From assembly GCA_037447605.1 (NCBI GenBank), contig CM074822.1, positions 147,492 to 211,491 of the forward strand: 64,000 nt of DNA, read 5' to 3'. Positions 57,701 to 64,000 of this stretch are shown one piece after another. Under the pieces are notes generated by a model, which saw nothing but the letters and a program-made list of their open reading frames with translations, had not been told where the DNA came from and did no database searches. Both the position numbers and the translations under genes were made by a program. This DNA is from Zygnema circumcarinatum SAG 698-1b. Its lineage: Eukaryota; Plantae; Zygnematophyceae. Every line of letters starts with the position of its first letter. Within the stretch, counting starts at the first letter, position 1.

Positions 57701-58311
57701 TCAGATTCACTATAGGGTTTTTAGGGCTTTTAGGGTTTTAGGGTTTAGGGTTTTTAGGGTTTTAAGTGTGGTGATCGTGCGAGGCTTGTTTATACTTAGC
57801 CAATTGTTTGTATCACCCTGTCTGCTGTGTCCCTAATAGCATATATGTTGGCAATGAGTATTTCCTTACTACTTGTAATTATCTTTGAACCTTTGCCTGC
57901 CCATTGGCAGTTATACCATCTTTTAGTGCGGCACAGGGGCAACTCCACTGAGTTAGGGTGATTGCGTTAACTTTTTCTGTTCCAAATTTTTCTGAAGAAG
58001 TGCTTCCCTTCCCTTGATGTGTGCAGAATATGGACTCTAATTTAACTTTGTGGCGGCTTGGAACGCTGCCGCCGTCGTTAATTGCTTTTGATAACTACAT
58101 TAAGCCAATTGACCCTTCATGGCACATGTTAGGGCTCGGCTATCAGCCGGAGAGCAGTCTAGAAGCCATTCAGAATGCAGCAGTCATTCATTACAATGGA
58201 GCTGCCAAGCCATGGCTGGAGATGGCCATACCCGAATTCCGCCGCTTCTGGAGTACATACGTCAATTATTCGAATGAGTTTATTCGCCAATGCAACATAT
58301 TTGATTTTTGA
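54793..58311 (+). CDS. GAUT: GT8 galacturonosyltransferase, GAUT12/13/14 clade, 6 exons
   Basis: MKVHISPGMSKITIS..KAAARYLSFRT..CLPFAFIFTAVVSLE N-terminus typical of GAUT12-14. Then IPKGLHCLSLRLT, LTDNSLHHFVLITDN, KYISIMNHLRMYLP, DxD motif FLDDDVVVQ, CAWAYGMN, LGTLPP, HYNGAAKPW. Confidence 0.93.
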
Positions 58312-59049
58312 AAACCAACGGTTGGTCCGTTGTGTTGTACTGACTTCTAAAATTATTTACAGTGACTCGTCAAAGTATTCACGCAGACAGTTCTTCTTCT
58401 TCTTCGTCAGCTGTTGGCGACAGGTTCAAGGGTGGGCGGCGAGTTTTCTTCCAATGATAATAAGCCTACCACAAATGTATAGTGCTAAAATCGCAGCAAT
58501 TCGAAGCAATGTCTTCATTAGAAAAAACCGGCCTTTCTCGCTTCGAATTCGCATATTTTTTTCGGGAGGGAAGCAGTTCAATAATACTGAAGCAAGTGCA
58601 AGGTCTTGCTTCATGCGCAAGTTGTTTCTTGATTCTTATATTAAATGGGCATAAATTTATCCCCTTGGTTCGTCCATGTTTGTCGCTTTTGGCTTTTGGC
58701 TCCATGATGTTGTCATGGTTTCGGGGGGGGAGGGGGAGGGAGAGGGGAGAGGGGAGAGGGGAGAGGGGAGAGGGGAGAGGGGAGAGCGGGAGAGGGACAC
58801 TTATTGAGGACAGTTTAATCTTTAAATGCTCTACAAAGCCTAGAAATCCTTATTTGGAAACCCCCTTTGCCTCTTGGAAGTTCTAGAAATTCAAAGTGAG
58901 AGAATTGCGAAGTCCGCCATTCAAATGCGTAGTGAATTTCAGACTTCGAAACGGTTCACCCTTTGGGAATTCGATATCAGTACACGCTCTCCCGCACCAT
59001 AAGTCGTGTGAAAAGTACTTCGTCAAAATCCATATCGACTTTTTTTTTT

Positions 59050-59869
59050 GGAAAATTCTATTCTCACACCTTTTTTGTCTACACACAGACCTTTTTTCGC
59101 CGGGCGGATTTTAAAATAGTAAAAAAAGGATTAACAACAGAAAATGCTCCTTTCACACATTTTTGGAATCGAAACACACCCGTTTTCCGTCGGGCAGAGT
59201 TTTTTTACAATCCGCTCAGAGCGGAAGATCCGTCCGCCACAAGATCGGTCGCGGGTGTGCGTCATTCACACGTGCGGTTAATCTGAGCCGTCGAGTTTAT
59301 CCCAGATCGCACCATGGCAGATCACCGTTCGATCTGCAGCCGGGCTAAGTCCCAGCGAATGGCACGCGCCCACGTTGCGCAATCGGACCTTTGAGCCGGC
59401 GTTTGCGCGACACGTGGGCACGTGCCATTCGCTGGGACCGAGCCCGGCTGCAGATCGAACGGTGATCTGCCGTGGTGCGATCTACGAGAGTATCGACGGC
59501 TGAGAGTAACTGCACGAGAGAAGGACGCACTCCTTGTGTGTGACACGTGGGCGCGTGCCATTCGCTGGGACCGAGCCCGACTGCAGATCGAACGGTGATC
59601 TGCCGTGGTGCGATCTGAGATAAACTCGACGGCTCAGATTAACCGCACGTGTGAATGACGCACACCCGCGACCGATCTTGTGGCGGACGGATCTTCCGCT
59701 CTGAGCGGATTGTAAAAAAACTCTGCCCGACGGAAAACGGGTGTGTTTCGATTCCAAAAATGTGTGAAAGGAGCATTTTCTGTTGTTAATCCTTTTTTTA
59801 CTATTTTAAAATCCGCCCGGCGAAAAAGGTCTGTGTGTAGACAAAAAAGGTGTGAGAATAGAAATTTCC
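59050..59869. mobile_element. Non-autonomous long-TIR foldback element, copy 2, 820 bp, inserted in a T-tract
   Basis: Starts GGAAAATTCTATTCTCACACC and ends GGTGTGAGAATAGAAATTTCC, with ~325-bp near-perfect arms. T10 on both sides (59040-59049, 59870-59879). An extra ~100-bp copy of the inner right arm lies at ~59410-59510. Confidence 0.9.
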
Positions 59870-60322
59870 TTTTTTTTTTCTCATAATAAAAGTATGAATC
59901 CCGGTATTCGAGGGTTTTCTGTTGTGTAATCTTGTCCAAGTCGTGCGGTCCATGTGCATTACGCCCGACTTTCCATGTTCCATGTTCCATGTTCCAGTTC
60001 CAGTTCCAGTTCCAGTTCCAGTTCTGGTCACGGAGTCGTGAGATTTGATTGTACGAATGGGCCGCGCTGCTGCCAACCGTCGGTCGCAACTGTCAACGGC
60101 TCTAACCGTCGCAACCGATAGCGGTTTTGGCGGTTACCGTCTGTCGACGAGCAGCCCAACGCCTTCAAACTGCAATGAGGGGTGCGTGCGTGTCATGGTT
60201 GAACTTCATCCTACTTCATTCAACTTTGCTGACGTGGCTCAATTTTGCTGATGTAATTTCGCACGGACGGTTTTCAATTTTATTCCAAATTTCTCGGAAT
60301 GAGGTTTTTCAGGTTCAGAGAA

Positions 60323-60452
60323 GGAAAATGGCATCGATGTCACGATGGCGAGGCCGTCAAATGTACATGGCCAGCATCAGCACGGGGAACCACGTGGAAC
60401 TGGTCGCAAAGGACCTAAGCACAAACGAAAAAAGCGAGGAGCGAAAAACTAA
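60323..60452 (+). repeat. Dispersed ~120-bp repeat, copy C
   Basis: GGAAAATGGCATCGATGTCACGATGGCGAGGCCGTCAAATGTACATGG..GGTCGCAAAGGACCTAAGCA..GAGCGAAAAACTA. Confidence 0.8.
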
Positions 60453-60547
60453 GCCTTGTCTTCCCCCTCTTTTTTTGCGTTGCCGTAGGCAAAAGCTTTG
60501 CGGTCGTTTTGATCCGTACGACGGGTTCGATTATGTTGTCAAAGATT

Positions 60548-60905
60548 AATTTAATGAAAATGGGGTATAGTTGCCGCGAGTCTGACTTTGCCACGTTGCG
60601 CGTCCTTACTGGTTGTGCATTTTCGTTGGATCGAATGCGCCGAAAATGGGGTAGATTGCGTACTTATTCTGTCATTGCCACGTGTCACTTTGTACGTACG
60701 ACGGCGTGTTTTATGTGGCGTACGGATTCGGTTAGGTTGTGAAGGATGAATTTAATGAAATTGGGGTATAATTTCCGCGAGTCTGACGTTGCCACGTCGC
60801 GCGTTCTGATTGGTTGTGCGTTTCGTCGGATCGAATGCGTAGAAAATGGGGTATATCGCGTACTGATTTTGTCATTGCCACGTGTCTTTTTCTATGTACG
60901 ACAGT
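60548..60905. repeat. Diverged tandem duplication, period 201 bp
   Basis: GAGTCTGAC at 60578 and 60779. GGATCGAATGCG and GTCATTGCCACGTGTC each occur twice. Confidence 0.85.
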
Positions 60906-60997
60906 TTTTGGTTTGAATGTTTTACGGGACGTATTGTTGTAAATAGGGTATTTGCGCAGAGTGTTTAAAGTGGCCACGTGGTGCATTCCTATTTGTT

Positions 60998-61432
60998 AGC
61001 ACGAACGGAATCTGTTATACTTCTTATCCAGTCAAAAATTGCCACCTTGGAAATGTAGTGTGTTTTTGAATGTCTGTTATCCAGTCAGGTGTTGCCACGT
61101 AGCCCTAAAATGGGAAAAAAACCAAAAAAAAACCACACACAAACTGCGAAAACAGAATGAGGCCTCATTCTGTTTTCGCAGTTTGTGTGTGGTTTTTTAA
61201 CAAAAATAAAAAATCAATCTAAATATTACAACATGAGCACGAACGGAATTAGTTATAATTCTTATCCAGTCAGAAATTGCCACGTTGGTACTGTAGTGTG
61301 TTTTTGGATGTCTGTTATCCAATCAGGTGTTGCCACGTAGCCCTAAAATGGGAAAAAAACCAAAAAAAAACCACACACAAACTGCGCCGACAGAATGTGG
61401 CCACATTCTGTCTTGCAGTTTGTGTGTGGATA
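60998..61432. repeat. Tandem duplication, period 238 bp, each unit ending in a long palindrome
   Basis: AGCACGAACGGAAT at 60998 and 61236. Perfect 72-bp palindrome at 61127-61198 and an imperfect counterpart at ~61373-61431. Confidence 0.88.
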
Positions 61433-61489
61433 AAAAAAAAAACACAATCAATCTAAATATTACAACATGTGGCCTCATGTTGTATATAT

Positions 61490-61640
61490 TAGTTTGATTT
61501 TTTGTTTTTTGTTTTTTTGTTTGTAAAAGTCACACACAAAAATACACACACACACAAACACACACACACACACACACACACGCCCACACACACACTCACA
61601 CACACACACACACATTCACCCACACACACACACTCTCTCT

Positions 61641-61676
<36 letters not shown>

Positions 61677-61814
61677 TTCACACTCACAGAAAAAGAAAAA
61701 AAAAACATAATCAATCTAAATATTACAACATGTGGCCTCATGTTGTATTTATTAGTTTGATTTTTTGTTTTTTTTTTTTTTTTTTGTTTGTAAAAGTCAC
61801 ACACGAAAATACTC

Positions 61815-61856
<42 letters not shown>

Positions 61857-62572
61857 TCACCCACACACACACACTCTCTCTCNNNNNNNNNNTCATGAAG
61901 ATCTTATGTTTCCGAATTTTTTTCGATCTTTTCGAACATCGCTATATCCAGGACCGGGTCCTTCCGAAATCTTTCCAGGGTTATTTGCTATACAATGCAA
62001 GAGTGTGAGCGTAAGTACGAACCTTTTTTCATCATGATCTTATGTTTCCGAAATTTTCTCGATCTTTTTGAACATCGTCATCTCCAGGACCGGGTCCTTC
62101 CGAAATCTGTCCATGGTTATTTGCTATAAAACACATAAGTCAAGCGTAAGTACGAACGTTATGTACATCATGATGTCATTTTTATCATTTTTTTTTTTTT
62201 TTTGGTAATTTTCAAAACTGCGAAATGTCCAAATTTCCAGATGTCCAGGATTTTAAAATTTCCAGCTTTTCAAAATTTCCAGCGATTTCCAGCGATTTCC
62301 AGCGAAGTCCAGAGGACTTAAAATCTTTTAAGTCCAGAGGACTGTACTTTTAAGTCCAGAGGACTGACTGACTATGGACGGACAACCTAGCTGACTGACT
62401 GACTGGTCGACTGACTGACAAACACTGACTGACTTCTGAATGACTGACTGACAGACGGACTCACGGTTTGACCGACTGACTGACTGACTGACTGACTTGT
62501 TAGTTTGTTGACTTTTTTGTTTGTAAAAGTCACACACGAAAATACACACACACACACACACACTCTCACACA

Positions 62573-62625
<53 letters not shown>

Positions 62626-62710
62626 ACTCACACACACAAAATCGACTGTCACAGACACTGACTGACTTCTGATTGACTGACAGACAGACGGACAGACTGA
62701 CAGACTGACT
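61490..62710. repeat. Compound (CA)n / (GACT)n microsatellite units with a 136-bp tandem duplication at ~61893-62170
   Basis: TTTGTTTGTAAAAGTCACACAC(A/G)AAA-(CA)n occurs three times. CCAGGACCGGGTCCTTCCGAAATCT at 61948 and 62084. Confidence 0.85.
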
Positions 62711-63275
62711 NNNNNNNNNNGCCTCCATCCTTCTTCAACACCCTCTTCAACTTCTTCCTTCGCCCTTCCACCATTTTCCCTCTCACCACACTCCATGTTC
62801 CTTCCTCCGCCTTCCTCCTCAACACCCTTCTTCCTCCTCCTCCTTCCTCAACACCCTCTCCTTTTTCTTCCTTCGCCCTTCCACCATTCTCCCTTTCACC
62901 ACACTCCATGTTCCTTCCTCCTCCTTCCTCTTTCCTCCTCCTCCTCCACCAATCATTATTTGTCGGTCATTTCGGTTTCTCTGGTAGGAAGAAATGCAGC
63001 AGTTGTTGCAGCAGCAGAACGGCAGAGAAACCGCAGCGACATAAGGTTTGGTTACGGTAGATTTCTGAACAAAACGGCAGCAAGCACCACCAGCAACTCC
63101 TCAGCTAGACAGGCGAGTGTAAGAAATGGAAGTCGGGAGGAGGTGGAGAACAGGGGAAGATGATATCGCGGTTGTTCCGTAGGAGTTTCGTCATCGAAAC
63201 GTCGTCGACGTCCCCGTACAGGCACGAAACGGCTCTATTTGGCTCTATTCGGCTCTCTTTTTTTTNNNNNNNNNN
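61883..63275. other. Scaffold gaps (10 N each) at 61883-61892, 62711-62720 and 63266-63275; a fourth at 25407-25416
   Basis: N runs in the sequence, all inside microsatellite or homopolymer tracts. Confidence 0.99.
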
Positions 63276-63452
63276 TTTTTTTACGTTTTTCGTAATCGCG
63301 GGATTGTGATTGTCGGTTGACAATGCCCGAAGCGGCACGCGTGGTGCGCGGCTCCACGCTGCGTCACGACTACGCGGTGTCTCGCAGCGAGGGATGGCTG
63401 ACGTCATCATGAATCAATAGTGGCTGATCGGACGGTGCAAAATTCGCGACGA

Positions 63453-63792
63453 GCGCGTGCGACACCGGCGACGTCGTTCATGCGACACGCGCATACGACG
63501 CGCAGATGCGACGCGCGGCCGACCCGCGCGCGCGGCGCCGCCGAAAGGCGGAACAATAACCGTGAAGCAGGGCTGGCCAGTGGCGAGACGCCGCGTGGCT
63601 CTTGCTAGCCCGTGGCGGTTCGCCACGTGGCCGGATCACCGTCGTGTGTCAGCGCTAGAGGTATCTAGCGGGTTCACCGCGTTCGGCGGGTGGACTAGCC
63701 GTGTCGCGCCCGCGCGACGCGCGCGTGCGACACCGGCGACGTCGTTCATGCGACACGCGCATACGACGCGCAGATGCGACGCGCGGCCGACC
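63453..63792. repeat. 72-bp exact CpG-rich direct repeat (63453-63524 and 63721-63792)
   Basis: GCGCGTGCGACACCGGCGACGTCGTTCATGCGACACGCGCATACGACGCGCAGATGCGACGCGCGGCCGACC occurs twice, 268 bp apart. Confidence 0.9.
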
Positions 63793-64000
63793 GGTTGGCC
63801 TGTTGACTTTCGTAACTTTCCTTTTCCGTCAATTTTTGTTCGCGCCCGCGCGACGAACGAAGCGGCGGAAAGAAGCGTCAGTGGAGTCGCCTCCGAATGT
63901 CGGCTACGAATCAAGTGGTGCCATGTGGACCACTCATGCGTGGGTCCGCGAATCTGAACGAACGGCTGTACGGACGGTAGCCGGAAAATGGCGAAAGAGA

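Noticed and set aside
62980-63060. Possible terminal exon EEMQQLLQQQNGRETAAT-stop
   Set aside because: Too short, no recognisable family, and the upstream context is broken by a gap and low-complexity DNA.

Overview
Eukaryotic, intron-rich nuclear DNA from a green plant. It is most likely a streptophyte alga (inference: land-plant-type PIRL, GAUT12/13/14, LPR1-like and MRS2 genes with short GT-AG introns full of CT microsatellites and telomere-like tracts). I assembled 13 spliced genes by hand: UPM1/SUMT (5' partial), MRS2, PIRL, CRTISO, POLD3, MED10, an STMP1-like small protein, two tandem LPR1/CotA-like multicopper oxidases, GLE1, a TMEM50/Vps68-like protein, mitochondrial-type TypA and a GAUT12/13/14-clade GT8. 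Repeats include two copies of a long-TIR foldback/MULE-like non-autonomous element (one with an 8-bp TSD and its empty site next door), a 200-bp MITE, a four-copy dispersed ~120-bp repeat and a gene-free mosaic of duplications and palindromes at 58.9-64 kb. The strongest lead is the multicopper oxidase pair. Copy A has lost its type-1 copper site. Copy B keeps all copper ligands but seems to lack two LPR1 iron-binding acids and carries a microsatellite-like Ser/Ala-Pro stalk. Exon boundaries are manual and no database search was run. Four 10-N scaffold gaps are present. No RNA genes or CRISPR arrays were supported.
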